Origin: Camelus dromedarius
Lineage: Eukaryota
Direction: 5' to 3'
Assembly: GCF_036321535.1 (NCBI RefSeq)
Contig: NC_087441.1
Span: 27,466,001-27,530,000, forward strand
Length of the DNA: 64,000 nt
Shown: positions 12,191 through 25,730 of the stretch, piece after piece
Layout of the letters: each line of letters starts with the position of its first letter
Position numbering within the stretch: the stretch's first letter is position 1
Program-made: the position numbers and the translations under genes
The notes under the pieces: model-generated
Told to the model about the DNA's origin: nothing
Seen by the model: only the letters and a program-made list of their open reading frames with translations
Database searches by the model: none

Positions 12191-12949
12191 TTTTAGATGC
12201 AGGCCATGGCTTAAGTAACGTGAGTAGGTCAGATAGCCAGAGTCTTGCAAATTCACAGTGGGGAGCTGGACTCCCTCCAGCAGGTGTCAGGCTGGATTGG
12301 TCTCTAATGTAACAGGACAGCCCAGAGTTCTGCCCCCATCTACTGCTCCCTCTGGTCATGGCACAACCTCTTCTTTCTAAGAATATTCTTCACGTCTGCT
12401 TCCTTAGATGTGGCTTGTCTGCTTCTATTGATCCATGACCATCTATTCCTTGCTCTGTTTTATACTTATGCAAATTTATATACATATACATTTATATTAT
12501 ATAAGCATGTATAATAATTATACATTATAATTTAATGTAATAAAAACTACTTGTTATATATTAATATTGCATTATAATATAGAGTTGTATATTATATATA
12601 CAGATAATTTTATATTATATATATTTCTTAGTTCCAAATTAGTTTCAAAGAATTTTATAGGATTTCAATTATAATTTTAATTTTAACTAGAATTATGGTT
12701 CCAAAAATAAATTCCCTGATAACTTCAAAAACATGTCTTCATTGCCTTCTTGGACCTTGTATACTGATGTGAAGTTTGATGCCAGTATGATGTTCTTTTC
12801 ATCTTTTTTAATTTCGTTCCTTCTGACCTCTGTTCCTAGGAACTTTTAAGAATTTCTCTTTATATTTATCTGTATTTAGTCCCTGTGTCTTTTCATTTTT
12901 CCTCCTTGCATTTAGCAAGCTTTTGCATTTGTTGATTATTAGCATTTTT

Positions 12950-13066
12950 CTTTGAGAAGAGGAGGTAATTAGGTATTTATTTATTTATTTAATGGAGATA
13001 CTGAGGATTGAACTCAGGAGCTCATGTACGCTAAGCATGCACTCTACTACTGAGCTATAGCCTCTG
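12950..13066 (-). mobile_element. tRNA-derived SINE (camelid type)
   Basis: Reverse complement reads TATAGCTCAGTAGTAGAGTGCATGCTTAGC...GAGTTCAATCCTCAGTATCTCCATTAAAATAAATAAAT...CCTAATTACCTCC. Confidence 0.85.
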
Positions 13067-14167
13067 ACCTTGCTTTTGAAGTTTAGACCCTTTAGCCCAG
13101 AAGAAACTTTCTCTAGAATCGTTACTATTTTCTTCTCCTCATTCTTTGATGGCTTTTTCTGGGATTAAGAATTTCTCCCAGGCTCTATAGGAAAGAACAG
13201 TTCTTACCTCTTTGGTAAACTTCTATTGTGTATAATGTGGGTTGTATTTTCTCTACCATGGTTTTTCCATTGGTTGTATCCCATCGATTTTTATCTTTCA
13301 GAAATACTTTTTGGAGTCTCTCACTGGAATTTCAGTAAACTATGTATTCTATGTATGGTATGTATGTAAACTATGTATTCTGTTATCTTGATAGGGCTGA
13401 TCTCAAGTGGAAAGTACAAATTCAACCATTCCATTGTGAAAATGATGAAATGTTTAAATACTTGTTGGTAAATATCTATTGCCCCAGCCTCCTGCACTTC
13501 CCAAGCCTCCACAGGATCCAGCATTGAAAGATCAATGCAAGGCTAAGGAGGATGTCTCCAAAGCTTGATCTGCCTCTCAGAAGAGTACCCTTTCTAACTA
13601 GTTATTGTCCACATCTTGCCATATTGGTTTTTTAGTGTTTTGAATTATCAACCCTGAATATTGACTCAGAAATCAAGTGGTCACATTTTGAAGAGCACTT
13701 CCTCAACAATAAATCTATTTTTGATCATGAAAGCATAAATAGGGGAAATTTAAGAATATATTTAGAAGTACTGAGTGATTTGCTTAAGTAATTATTATTT
13801 CTTTTCTAAGAAATGAACGAGATCTCCCAAAATGTATGTTGGGATGACAGGAAGAAGCCTTCAAATTATTCAGGAAAAGCATGAAGAAATAGAACTCTAG
13901 TCATTAGATTCATCCATCCTTCTAGTCTGGTTATGAAGCCTGGCCCACTGAATATGTCATTAGATTGGGGACAGTCCAAACTTGGTCACCACAAACATAA
14001 GACAGCTCTACCATTTTATCTACTTGGGCAGGTAGACTTGCTTTATTGACTCTTCCTTCTCCATCTTTAATGACACTCTGGACAGAGCTTACTGCTTTCT
14101 ACTCAATTTCCAGGATTTATAAAGTCAAAGTAAGATATTTTTAATTCATATTAAAACTTTAAAGTTG

Positions 14168-14403
14168 TGGGGGAGGATAAATTACGAGTTCAGGATTAAC
14201 ATAATACTACTATACATAAAATAGACATCAAAGACCTACTGTATAGCACAGGAAGATACATTCAATATCTTGTAAAAATCTATAATGGAAGAGACTCTGA
14301 AACAGAATACACACACACACATATATATATCTGAATAACTTTTTGTTATATACCTGGAACTAACACAACCTTGTATATCAACTATACTTCAATTGAAAAA
14401 AAG
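14168..14403 (+). mobile_element. L1 3' end (artiodactyl-type)
   Basis: GGGAGGATAAATTA...GACCTACTGTATAGCACAGG...CAACTATACTTCAATT plus A tail. Confidence 0.8.
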
Positions 14404-15899
14404 AATTAAAAAACTTAAAATCATTTCCAGTCCAGCAATCTTATCACTCCTTCACCAGTCAGCGCTATCCAGGCCAGGGCCTCGGGGACGCAGAGGAGGG
14501 AAGGGTACAGGTCTGCTCTTTCACTCTTCCCTCTACTTTTATTTTCCGCTTGGAGCCCCTACCACCCTCCAGGGTAGAGCAGGAATGGAATAAGGAGAAT
14601 ATTAATAATGAGACAAAAGTTGTTCTCATGCCTGGGAGTGTCATAGTCTTGATGGCCAATATCTTGACTGTGGCAGGCACCCAAATGGAGGCTCTGTGAT
14701 GAAGTAACATGTGATTCCTTTTGGGGAGCCTGCCCACTGTCCAGTTTCCTGATGTGGGTGAACCACTCCAGCTGACCTCTTTCAACTTCTTCAAGTCTGT
14801 CCATGAGAGGGAACCTCACAGGTTTTTCTTCTGGGGTCTCTTTGTCCAGGGCAAAATGATTCAAGCCTGATTGCCCCTTTAGCTCTGCTTATTCAGTAGC
14901 CTTGCTGACTTGCCCATGTTCATGTTGAGTAGAGAAAAGCAGCATTGGAGACAGATGGTTAGGAGAAATGGGTCGGCAGGGACAGAAGCCCATACTGTCA
15001 GGAGCCAAATATGCATGAATTTCATGAGAGCTGGAGGCTGCATGGGAGCCAGTGACATCTGGCCCTTCTGCTGGTCTCCTGTTTGGAGGTGCATCATGAG
15101 TCTGTGACATATCTGACTGGACTTGAGGAGGACAGTGGGAAAGATCAAACCAGCACTGATCACAAGCATCAGGGACTGGGGAGGGGAATGACACCCTCAG
15201 GGATGCCTGAGGAACCCAGATATGCACTGCACGAGAGGGGCAGTGTTAGAAGGCTCACTGCACAGAGGTCATGACCACCCAGTGAAGGTTATATAAGGAG
15301 GTCAGATTTGGCACAGAATGATTGTGCTCCCTTTTTCTACTCTCTCCTTCTCCCAGTGGGATAGAGCAGAAAAAGAGGGGGCAGGATAAGGAATGAAAAA
15401 TCAGACATGCCTCTTCCCTAAGGCCAGGCTTTTTAAGTTCAGACCTGACTAGCAATGTGGATACTCTTCTACATTCAAATTGTAGTTTGGAACTGGTGTG
15501 GTCAAAATTGAATAATTAACATGCAGAGTGACTGGACAGCTTTGGGGTCAGCCTGAGATCTAATGAGGGATGAAGAAGGAAGATTTGTAGAGCACATTGG
15601 GAGTCTGTGATGGGAGACAAATAATGTCATATCATTTCCCATACCACTCAAACTGCTCCACAAGAGGTTAACATATATTTCTAAGAAATATCTATTAAAC
15701 ATAAGTGCATTATGTAAAAAGTCAAGTTCATAACTGACTCAGTTACACTCATTTGAAAAAAATGCTTAAAACATTACTAGATACAATTAATATACTTGTG
15801 TGTTATCAATACCAACTGCGGTTCATTTACAGTTTAACGCTTTGACCCTGCTTTGTGTTTGGTTACTTCTAGCCTCTAATCCAAACAGAGAAGACTACA

Positions 15900-16260
15900 A
15901 AACATTTCTTTCCCCTTCCTCTCATTAGCAGGCTTCTTTCTTTGGGCACAGGAAAGACCACAGAGCATCATTAATGCATCTTTCCCTCACTTTCATCATA
16001 ATGAGGAATGTCTCACACTGTCAGTCATTGGGGAAATTGTTTATTTAATGGACTTTAATTTTAAGAAAGCCTGAGATTGTCAAGACCTGCAAACTAAAGG
16101 ACCAATGTAGATATGGAACTGAAAACTTTGGATAATGCAAAACAGACAGTTTGCCTCCAAATACTGCCCTTGGTGTTAGAATCATAACCCCCTGAGAAAT
16201 GTGATTACTGCCTAATCTTGATCTTTATCTGATGCAAATCACCTACTCAAGATGTATGAG
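15900..16260. promoter_or_regulatory. Candidate olfactory enhancer between TAAR7 and TAAR6
   Basis: Homeodomain-type sites CTCATTAG (15921), TCATTAATGC (15968), TAATGAG (15999) and TAATGG (16046) lie within 130 bp of sequence I could not assign to a repeat. EBF-like partial sites and TGATGCAA (16230) are nearby. Confidence 0.35.
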
Positions 16261-19148
16261 CAAGATAGGAAGAGGCATGTATGGGCAGGAATTTTAGAGA
16301 CCTTAGGAATTGCCTCCAATTTACATCTCATCTCAGCACAGGGCTAGTTCTTCTTCATTAACTAACCTCAAACATGAGAGTATCAAATAACCTAGATTCC
16401 TGCGATAAGTTTTGATGGTAGCAAAAAAAAAAAAATAATAATAATAATAATAAAAAAGTGGAAAAATTCAGGATAACACTTTGCTTTTCATAGTAGACAT
16501 TAGATGTTGCTTTCTCTGGGTAGTTGATTTCTTGGATGTTGGCTTCCACTAGAAGAGATCTCACTGTCTCAAGTGTTTGGAATTGACCAGAGGCTGCCCT
16601 GGTTCATTCTGAAGGGACATAAAAGGCTTACCGGCTAAATTGCCCACCATTACTATTAAAAACACTAATGGGTCAGGATAGTGGTTCCTAGAAACTTGGG
16701 CTTCAGAAATAACAAAATTGCTGAAAAAATTCAAGGAACCAACAGATAATTGCCAAAATTAACTTTACCAACCAAGGACATCACAAACAACAGCAACAGC
16801 AGCAGGGAAATCTTTATATAATTTGGCATAATTGCATAAAAGGAAAGCATATTTTAACATCAAAAATAAAAGAAATACAGTATTTAAGAATAAATGGCAG
16901 TTCTGTAAATTAAATAAATATTATGAGATACATGAGTCATTGTTCTTATTTGTTTCATCTTCTAACTAATGATAGGTTTGCTTGTTCAGTACCAAATGTC
17001 AGACTGTTAGGATTTGAAGACAGCACTAAAATGCATAAAATTTCAGAAATAACTTGAGAAACATGTTTCCTTCTGTGGAGGTTCCCTGCACCTTTTAGGA
17101 ACCTGGCCTTCCCCTCTGCTTTTCAGCAGGCAGAGCAAGGAGTTGGGCATCCTCTGTGCTCTTCCTTGTAATGGAGCAGTCCCCCTCCATCCTCCCTAAA
17201 ATCCCCAAGGTCATCAGATTGTTCCAGTCCTGCCTCTCTTCCACACTCTCAACACTGACCGCAGCGTCCTTCTTCCTTCTTACACCTTAATGTTAATACC
17301 CAGCACTCTGTCATTCTCTCCCATTCTACTCTCAATATACATGTAACATTTAAAACATAAACACTTACTATAGTAAGAACTGTATCTTGTGCTTTATAAA
17401 TATTAACCCCAATAGTCATCACAATAACCCTCTGAAGAAGATTATATTATTGTCCCATTTCACAGCTAAGAATACTGAGGCCTAGGGAAATTATGAAGTT
17501 GAGGAGAGACTGGATTCATCCCTAGCCAGCTGAGTCCAGAATCCATGCTCTTGACTATGTGCTAAGCTGCCTCTCAGTTCCTAGATATCCTCTCCTTCAA
17601 GGGTATCACCTCCACCCTACCTCAGTCATAACCTAGGACCTTAAATTACAGGCTACAATCTTTAATCTGAAATCCTTCAAACTCCTGGAAATCATTTTTT
17701 TTAATTTAAAAAGACATATCCATTAAATATTTTGAATATACTAATAAGTATGTGAAACACTTGTAAGCAATGGATAATCTCTGCACTAGTATTCAAATAA
17801 TATTAATATCTCTATATGAACATTCAGACAGACTGGTAAGAAGTAAACACTAGAAGTAAACTCATGTGAGTGTTTGTCACCAAATTAATGAGACACAGAC
17901 TTCCAGTGCTCTAGCTTTTGGAATCTCAGAATGTGAACTTGTACTAAAACCTGAAATCCCTCCAATGTGGGTATCTGATCCCTGAGCCTCGCCTTTCAGG
18001 CTCACTTGCTCTAGCAAGTTATCCACAAGTCACGGTTTACCTCTTACTTGCTAGAATTCATCATTGTCCTCCTCACCCACCTTAAATGCCACCATCATTC
18101 TAATCATTCCTGAGATGTGAAGTTGGAAATAGGAAGAAAAGATCCTGCACTTGTCTTATTATTTTTGTTAATGGTTATTATATCTCTCTCTCTATCATAC
18201 CGTATTCTACTCTGCTGTACTATGTTAATTGTTATTATATAGTAACTCAGTTCTAATCAGAAGCTAGGTACTTTCCCTACATTATCTACACTCACTCAGC
18301 TGTATATGGTGGGTAATATTACCTCCAAATTAGAGCTGAGTAATCTGAAGCTGGGAGAGTTTAGGTAAGTTGTCTAAGATCACAAGGCCAGGTTTTATCT
18401 TGGGTACTTTCTGATTCAAACCCCTGTGCAATGATTCTCTAGGGACACTGCCTTCCCATCTGAGAACATGGGCTCTCCCAAAAGCTTATGTCCAACACAT
18501 CTACTCTTTGTTTAGTACTTGCCAAAAGATGACATAAACTATAGAAATAAAACCCAAGGAGAAGAATAATTAAAAAAAACTTATCCAAATAGCAGTGAAA
18601 TTGATAATAAAGCTCTCCAAAATCCTAGGAGCTATCCTCACTGGCCTCATTGCAAGCAGCCGTTCTCTCCAGCCTACGTCCTCATCACCCCTCCGGCCTC
18701 AGCTGATGTTTTGGTGGCAGCGGCTGTGACTCTCCGCACAAGCAAGGGCTTTGGAAACAGGCCTGAATGCCTCTCTCTCATCTCTGTCACAGAAATGCTC
18801 TATCTTTTGTCTCATTTCAAAATAGACTGGATGTTGAAGTGGGGGGTAGCATGCATGCGTCAAGAGAGGGTGTAGATGGGAAATCTCTGTACCTTGCACA
18901 CTGTTTTGTTTTGAACCTAAAACTACTCTAAAAATACTCTTTTTTAATGGGCTTAATCATACCTTTAGTATAGGTTGTGTCTGTTGAATGTCTGACAGTA
19001 GAAGTTCTCATTATTTGCAGTTTGCTCTCAGAGCTCTGAAAGCAGATTTTTGAATGAATTATGTTGATTTTCACCCCTTGAGCCTTTGCTCTAACTTCTT
19101 TGTTAACCATTATATCATTGAAATGCAAAATGTCTAGGAGAGAGTTTC

Positions 19149-19511
19149 AGTTTTCTGAGCTGCCATAACTAGTTCCCACAAACGTGTTGGCTTTATTCTC
19201 CACAGTCTTGTAGGCCAGGGGTCTGTAACCAAGGTATCGACAGGGTGATGCTCCCTCCCATGGCTCTAGGGTAGAGCCCCCCTCTGTCTCTTCCAGCTTC
19301 CCACAGCTCCAGGCCTTCCTCAGCTTGTGACAGCATCACTGGAATATCTGCCTCCATCTTCACGTGGCCGTCTTCTCTCCGTTTCTCCTCTTTTGTCTCT
19401 TATAAGGACACTGCTCTTGGATCTAGCTCCCCTCCAGATCTGCTTCTGGGGGGTTAGAAAGTGGACATATCTTTTTTTGGTGGGGGAGAGGTCATCACTG
19501 AACCCACTACA
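19149..19511 (-). mobile_element. MLT1-type MaLR LTR
   Basis: GCTGCCATAAC...CCACAGTCTTGTAGGCCAGG...CTTATAAGGACAC...AACCCACTACA pattern. Confidence 0.65.
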
Positions 19512-21425
19512 GAGGGAACTGTGAGGCTCTCACTGATAAGCCGTTGGGACACCATGGTTCGAGATCTGGATGATCCGTTTTCAGACACAGAAATCTGATT
19601 CTATATCCTAAATGGACTGATTAACACCAAGAAATGTCATGAGAACCTTGCTTATTAGTTCCATCTTTATTTACAGCATTAAAGATATCAGTAGCAAAAA
19701 TTAAGTCTATAATTTGATTAAAAAATATCTTTCATACAAGAGACTAGAACATAGAAATGCTTTCAATTTAAGTTGATACAGAATAAATGGAAGCAGCTTT
19801 CTTCAACACCAAACTTGTATTATTAAAAAATAATGGATTTTATTTAAAAATATATTTGTTTCTGGTTTATGAATTTTTGCTCTGCCTTGATCCAGAATAA
19901 ATTTAAGGCAACTTACAGAGAAAGATAAAATTCAAACAAATAGCATATTTTAAAATTAGAGGCAATAGAAGAACAAACACCAAGTCGGGGGTTTAAATGG
20001 AGGCAGAATTGGAGCTAAAATGTATATCACCATCACAATCACACACACACTTGCTAAGGGGGTCAGAGATTCGGCCAAACATTTTTAACAGTGAACACAA
20101 AAAGAGAAGAGTCTTCAAGTCCACAGATTAGAATCTTAGTAAGGAGAAAAAAAAATAAGTTGATGGTTTTTTCAAACTAAAATCAGAGGGGATTTTGTCC
20201 CAGAGATCTCCGAAAGGAGGTACTTTATCTTTCAAGAAAATAGAATTATCTGCTGATTTTCCTTTTCAAGCAGTTGCATACTTACTGATAATCTGTGCTA
20301 GGGTCTTTTGTATCTCACTCAGTGATGGCAAATCCAGAGAATATTAACAATTTGCCCCAAATCACAGAGCTCCACTGTCATGCCCAGGATTTAGGATCCT
20401 TAATCCATAACATTGGTTGCTCTTTCTCATTCTTTTATTGGGATTACTCTTTGAAACAAGGTACTATTTTCAATTCCCGTCCTATTTCCCTGTTTTCTAT
20501 GAAATATTTTGCTACGCTGTGTCTATTTTTCTGTTGAGTCTGAGCCGCAGCATTCCTAGCTGTGCAAACATATTCTTACTGGTTGCTGCTTCTTTCTCTA
20601 CCTCTAATGAATTTAACTCTTTTCAATTTATAAGTCGATGCTTCCGGCTGACAGGTTACAATGCAATTGATCAGATGGCAGATTCTTTCCTGAGGACACA
20701 TTCCAATTACTGGAATCAATTCAGGAGGCTCTCAGCTTGTTTGGATCCTGTTGGTTTCAGCTGCATTTCTAAACCTGTCCCAAACTGGGCCCTGAAAGTT
20801 GTGATGAACAGGTGAAATAGGGAAAGAATATTGACCAAATATCCTAAGAATTAGCTATAATAGAATAATTGAAAATTAGAGCTGGCAGAAAATTTGGAGC
20901 TATCTAGCTCTTTGTTTTAGAAACCGATTCATGGAGATCTATGAATCTGTGCAGGTTGTTTCTGGAACGAGCTTCAGGCCTCCCTGAAGCTTCCTGCTTC
21001 CAGGCCACAGCTAGACTTTTGTCTCTCCCTCCCTTTCTCTAGTTTTGGCATAATATTTCTTTTTCATTAAGTTTCCCTCTGCTAGAAAACCCCAGCTATT
21101 GTCTCATTCCTTTCCTACTTCCTTTTTCCTAGTATATTTATATTAAATTCTACAAATATTGAAGCAGCATTTTTGTCTTACTCTGTTCATGGGAACTCCA
21201 TTGTCTACACCTGCCCCTCTAGATGGTTCCTGAACTATCACAAGCAATTGTCTTTCATATTTGTAATACTTTTCACTATTTGTGTTCATATATTCATGTC
21301 TAAGGAAAAAAAAATCTTTGGCCGAAGAAGCATAATGGCTAATCTAACTGAATGTGAAGAGTTGCTTTGTAGAATAACTTTCTTAATAATCACTATTGAA
21401 AATAACCTTCCAAGTTCACACCTTG

Positions 21426-21438
21426 CACTATAGGGATT
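21426..21438 (+). promoter_or_regulatory. Shared TAAR upstream motif CACTATAGGGATT
   Basis: About 458 bp upstream of the TAAR6 ATG, followed by TCCTCTAGGGAT. Confidence 0.55.
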
Positions 21439-21895
21439 TCCTCTAGGGATTTTCCCATTGATGGCATGTATTTATCAGGAAGGACTGCGTGCTTTAGGCA
21501 GTAATGCAAATAAACCTAACAAGAGATGGTGCTTTAACTCTATATTACTTTCCACATCAGTGCTTGTTGCAAAAAGGAACTCTGGAGGTAAACAAACAAA
21601 CAAAAAATTTATGACTAAAAGGGAATTTTTTGAAATTAAGAGAACCAAGCATGAGTTAGTTGAAATTAACTTCCAGTAAGCTTGTACAGTATAATTTTGA
21701 TGTATTTAGTTTGTTATGGAATACACTTGAGATTTGTAATAAAATGGAAAGTTGGAAAAACAATTATATTAATATCTTGTTTCTTCAGGCATCCCAGTGT
21801 ATGTATGTTTTTCCCCCAGGAGTACTGAAAATCAGAATCCTATACCCTGTGAAAACTGAGAAGGACAGAATTCTCCGGATGTAAAGGACAGCGTC

Positions 21896-22933
21896 ATGAG
21901 CAGCACCTCGTCCCCCCTGGCAGCTGCCCAGCTCTGCTATGAGAATGTGAACGGGTCCTGTGTAAAAACTGCCTACTCGTCAGGACCCCGGGTGATTCTG
22001 TACACGGTGTTTGGCTTTGGGGCTCTGCTGGCCACGTTTGGAAACCTCCTGGTGATGATTTCCATCCTTCACTTCAAGCAGCTGCACTCGCCAACCAATT
22101 TTCTCATCGCCTCTTTGGCTTGTGCTGACTTTCTGGTGGGAGTGACTGTGATGCCCTTCAGCATGGTCAGGACTGTGGAGAGCTGCTGGTACTTTGGGCG
22201 AAGTTTCTGCACTTTCCACACATGCTGTGATGCGGCATTTTGTTACTCTTCTCTCTTCCAATTATGCTTCATCTCTATCGACAGGTACATTGCTGTTACA
22301 GACCCTCTGGTCTATCCCACCAAGTTCACAGTGTCTGTGTCAGGGATATGCATCAGCCTCTCCTGGGTTCTGCCCCTGACTTACAGCGGCGCCGTGTTCT
22401 ACACAGGTGCCTCTGATGATGGGCTAGAGGAATTATCTAGCACCCTCAACTGTGTGGGAGGTTGTCAGGCAGCTGTAAATCAAAACTGGGTGTTGATAGA
22501 TTTTCTATCCTTCTTTATACCCACTCTTATTATGATAATTCTCTATGGTAATATTTTTCTTGTCGCTAGACAACAAGCTAAAAAGATTGAAAATACTGGT
22601 AGCAAAACAGAATCATCATCAGACAGTTATAAATCCAGAGTGGCCAAGAGAGAGAGAAGAGCAGCTAAAACCCTGGGTATCACGGTCATAGCATTTATGG
22701 TTTCGTGGTTACCATATAGTATTGACTCATTAATTGATGCCTTTATGGGCTTCATAACCCCTGCCTATATTTATGAGATTTGCTGTTGGTGTGCTTATTA
22801 TAACTCAGCCATGAACCCCTTGATTTATGCTTTGTTTTATCCTTGGTTTAGGAAAGCCATAAAAGTTATTGTGAGTGGTCAAGTGTTCAAGAACAGTTCT
22901 GCAAGCATGAATTTGTTCTCTGAACAAATGTAA
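21896..22933 (+). CDS. TAAR6: Trace amine-associated receptor 6, 345 aa, single copy in the spacer
   Basis: Intact 7TM ORF of 345 aa. [68 protein letters not shown] and the MNLFSEQM end match TAAR6. Confidence 0.93.
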   Translation: MSSTSSPLAAAQLCYENVNGSCVKTAYSSGPRVILYTVFGFGALLATFGNLLVMISILHFKQLHSPTNFLIASLACADFLVGVTVMPFSMVRTVESCWYFGRSFCTFHTCCDAAFCYSSLFQLCFISIDRYIAVTDPLVYPTKFTVSVSGICISLSWVLPLTYSGAVFYTGASDDGLEELSSTLNCVGGCQAAVNQNWVLIDFLSFFIPTLIMIILYGNIFLVARQQAKKIENTGSKTESSSDSYKSRVAKRERRAAKTLGITVIAFMVSWLPYSIDSLIDAFMGFITPAYIYEICCWCAYYNSAMNPLIYALFYPWFRKAIKVIVSGQVFKNSSASMNLFSEQM

Positions 22934-25299
22934 GCCTTTGGACTGAGGAAACTGAAGCTATCTTTACATTTTCCAAATGAAATGAGTTTATAAAAATCAA
23001 GTAAGACTGTTAATGAGGAGAAAGCAAATTGCTTTTCAAATTTAATTGGATAAATGCATGATTTTCAGTCTTGTTAAGTTATGCTCTTCCCTGTGACTTC
23101 TCTAAGGACATTTATTTGGCTAGTAAATATTAAATCCCTGTTTGCTAACTGCTGCAGAACTCACTGTACCCCATTCCCTGCAGACACTTTCCTCCCTCCC
23201 TTTTTCCTTTTATTCCATTAACTCTTCCCTTTGTAGCCTGAAAACATCTTTGTTGTCTTTGATTTTCTTTCTTTTTTTCTTACAAAATTTCCTACTGCCT
23301 CCCAACTTGTCAAAAATTTCCTTATGATTAGTTTTCATCAGACTATTGCTTTTTTTTTAACAATAAAACTTATCAAACTGGCCAATATTAAAGGAGAGTT
23401 CATCAGTCATAAAATTAATTTCTAAACAAGCATAAATTTCATATTGATGATTTGAAAAATTGGAACTTGATCTGGAATTATGACATGAAATACAATGCTT
23501 GAAAATGTTCCATTAAATTAGGGAGGAGAAATGGTACCTCAATTTCAGTAGCATCACGTTTGTTTATATTTTTATCTTTTTGGTGAAGTAAACATCGTTG
23601 AGCATTTGATAGAAACATATGTACTAACTAATGTTTGACCCAGTGATCATATTTTCTAGTTTCCTTAAATCTGCACACTTTGTTATTTATTTCTCTCTTT
23701 CAGGCCTCCTGTATCCATCTTACCTTTCCTACCAAACTTATCTTTTTTCCACTTTCAAAGCTTTTTTTATTCCATGTTCCCTGTTAATGTCATATTTTCC
23801 CTGTCTTTCTTTGGGCTCGGTTTACTTTCATTTTGAGCACCTTGTGTCTTGGGGTCTGGTATTTCTGGAGCTCCTAAAGGTCTCTAGCCATACCCCTCAA
23901 CCATTTCAGACTGAGGATAAGAATCATATTTTATATTTGGGAGGATATTTCGTAATTTGGGAATAACTGGGAGCAAATGGTACAGTTTCTGCAAAGTGAT
24001 TATCTTTTTAAGTAATTGTTTTCTCATTCCATGAGATGTGTTATTTTATCTTCCAGTCTTGATAGAGGGCAACTTTGTCATTTTTTCCCCTCAATAACAC
24101 TATTTTGAGTTTATACATTGTCCATGATAAAAACAACACTGTTATTTAAGTTATTAGAAAAAAGGGGATAATTTAGAAATGTGGAAGTGATATATAACTT
24201 TTTGAAAAATTCTTGTGTCTTGCTTCATGTATTTCACAAAATCGAAACTGATTTCTTCCAGATGTTAAAACTAGAAGATAATATCTCTTTTATGATTTTA
24301 TTGGTGAGATCATAGCACAAAATCCATATAGATTCATGCGCTAAATTTCAATTTTTAAACTTCAAAGGAAAACAAAACCATGTTATGGAAAGAAACTAAA
24401 AAGACTAACTTGGAAACGATCCACAGCATGCATGACAGAAAGGGGTTAGGAGACTTAAAAATGCAAAAGCCTTTTATAAAACGGTAAGATGGAGACAAAT
24501 ATCTCACTAAACAAATAAATAGGCAATTTTACAGAGGTAGGCCAAATAAATACATTAAAATATCAAATGTACAAATAATCCAGAAATGCTTATAAAATGT
24601 AATAAGTTTGATATCTCAAATTGGCAAATTCTAGAAGAATCAATAATAACTGATAGTAATTAGAAAGCAGGAAATTGAGCATTCTCATGAGAGGAAAGCA
24701 TGCTCACATACATCTAGGGAAAATATAATTTAGTATCTTCTCTCTGAGCGGAATGAAGATATTTATGTAAAAGTTTAAATCATGCATGTCACTTGCTTCT
24801 GTACTTGTATTTCTGACAAGTAATCCTAAGGAAAGAGTCAATCAAGGAAGCAAACATGACAAGCACATTCATTGTACTATTGTTAATTACAAACTGGAAA
24901 ACACCTAGATCAATGTGGGGTAAGTTAAATAAAAATGATCCACCTATGCAATAGAATGTTCTGAAGCCAATAAACAGTGCTAAGAAGTTCTGTATTCATT
25001 GACAAGGGAAGACAAACACGGTATATTTTTTTGACTAAAACTAAAACAAAACCAGAAAACTCTGACCCAGATTATAAAACAGCATAAGTAATGTGGCCCC
25101 CATATATGTATGCTTTTACAAAGTCTAAATTTATGTATAATAGACAGTGTGTGTGTACAGGGCGGGAATTTCATTTGTAACTTATCTCTATAATTTAAAA
25201 TGTCTGTGAAGAAATAAATATATTAAAATTGGTAGTACCAATACACATCTCTGTTCTTATCTGTGCACTGAAGTTAGGCTTATGTGTTTCTTTCTTGCC

Positions 25300-25730
25300 A
25301 TTGTGATAACATGGATGGATCTAGAAGATATTAGACTAAGTGAAATATGTGAGATAGAGAAAGGCAAATACTGTGTGATCTCACTTATATGTGGATTCTA
25401 AAAAACAAACAAAACAAACAACATAAAATGAAAACAGACTCATAGATACAGAGAACAAACAGGTGGTTGCCAGAGGGAAGGTGTTAGGAGGGCATGAAAT
25501 AGGTGAAGGGAATTAAGAGGTACAAACCTCCAGCTATAAAATAAATAACGTATGGGGATGCAATATAGAGCACAAGGAATATGGTGAAGAACGTAATACC
25601 TTCGTATGGGGACAGAAGGTTACTGGACTTATCATGGTGATCATTTAATATTGTATGCAAACATCAAATCACTATGTGGTACACCTGATACTAAGATAAT
25701 ATTGTATGTCAACTACATTTCAATAAAAAT
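25300..25730 (+). mobile_element. L1MA-type 3' end
   Basis: ACATGGATGGATCTAGAAG...CTCACTTATATGTGG...CAGACTCATAGATACAGAGAAC...TCAACTACATTTCAATAAAAA. Confidence 0.8.

Noticed and set aside
12470-12660. Extremely AT-rich stretch
   Set aside because: Low-complexity (TA)-rich decay with no further structure.
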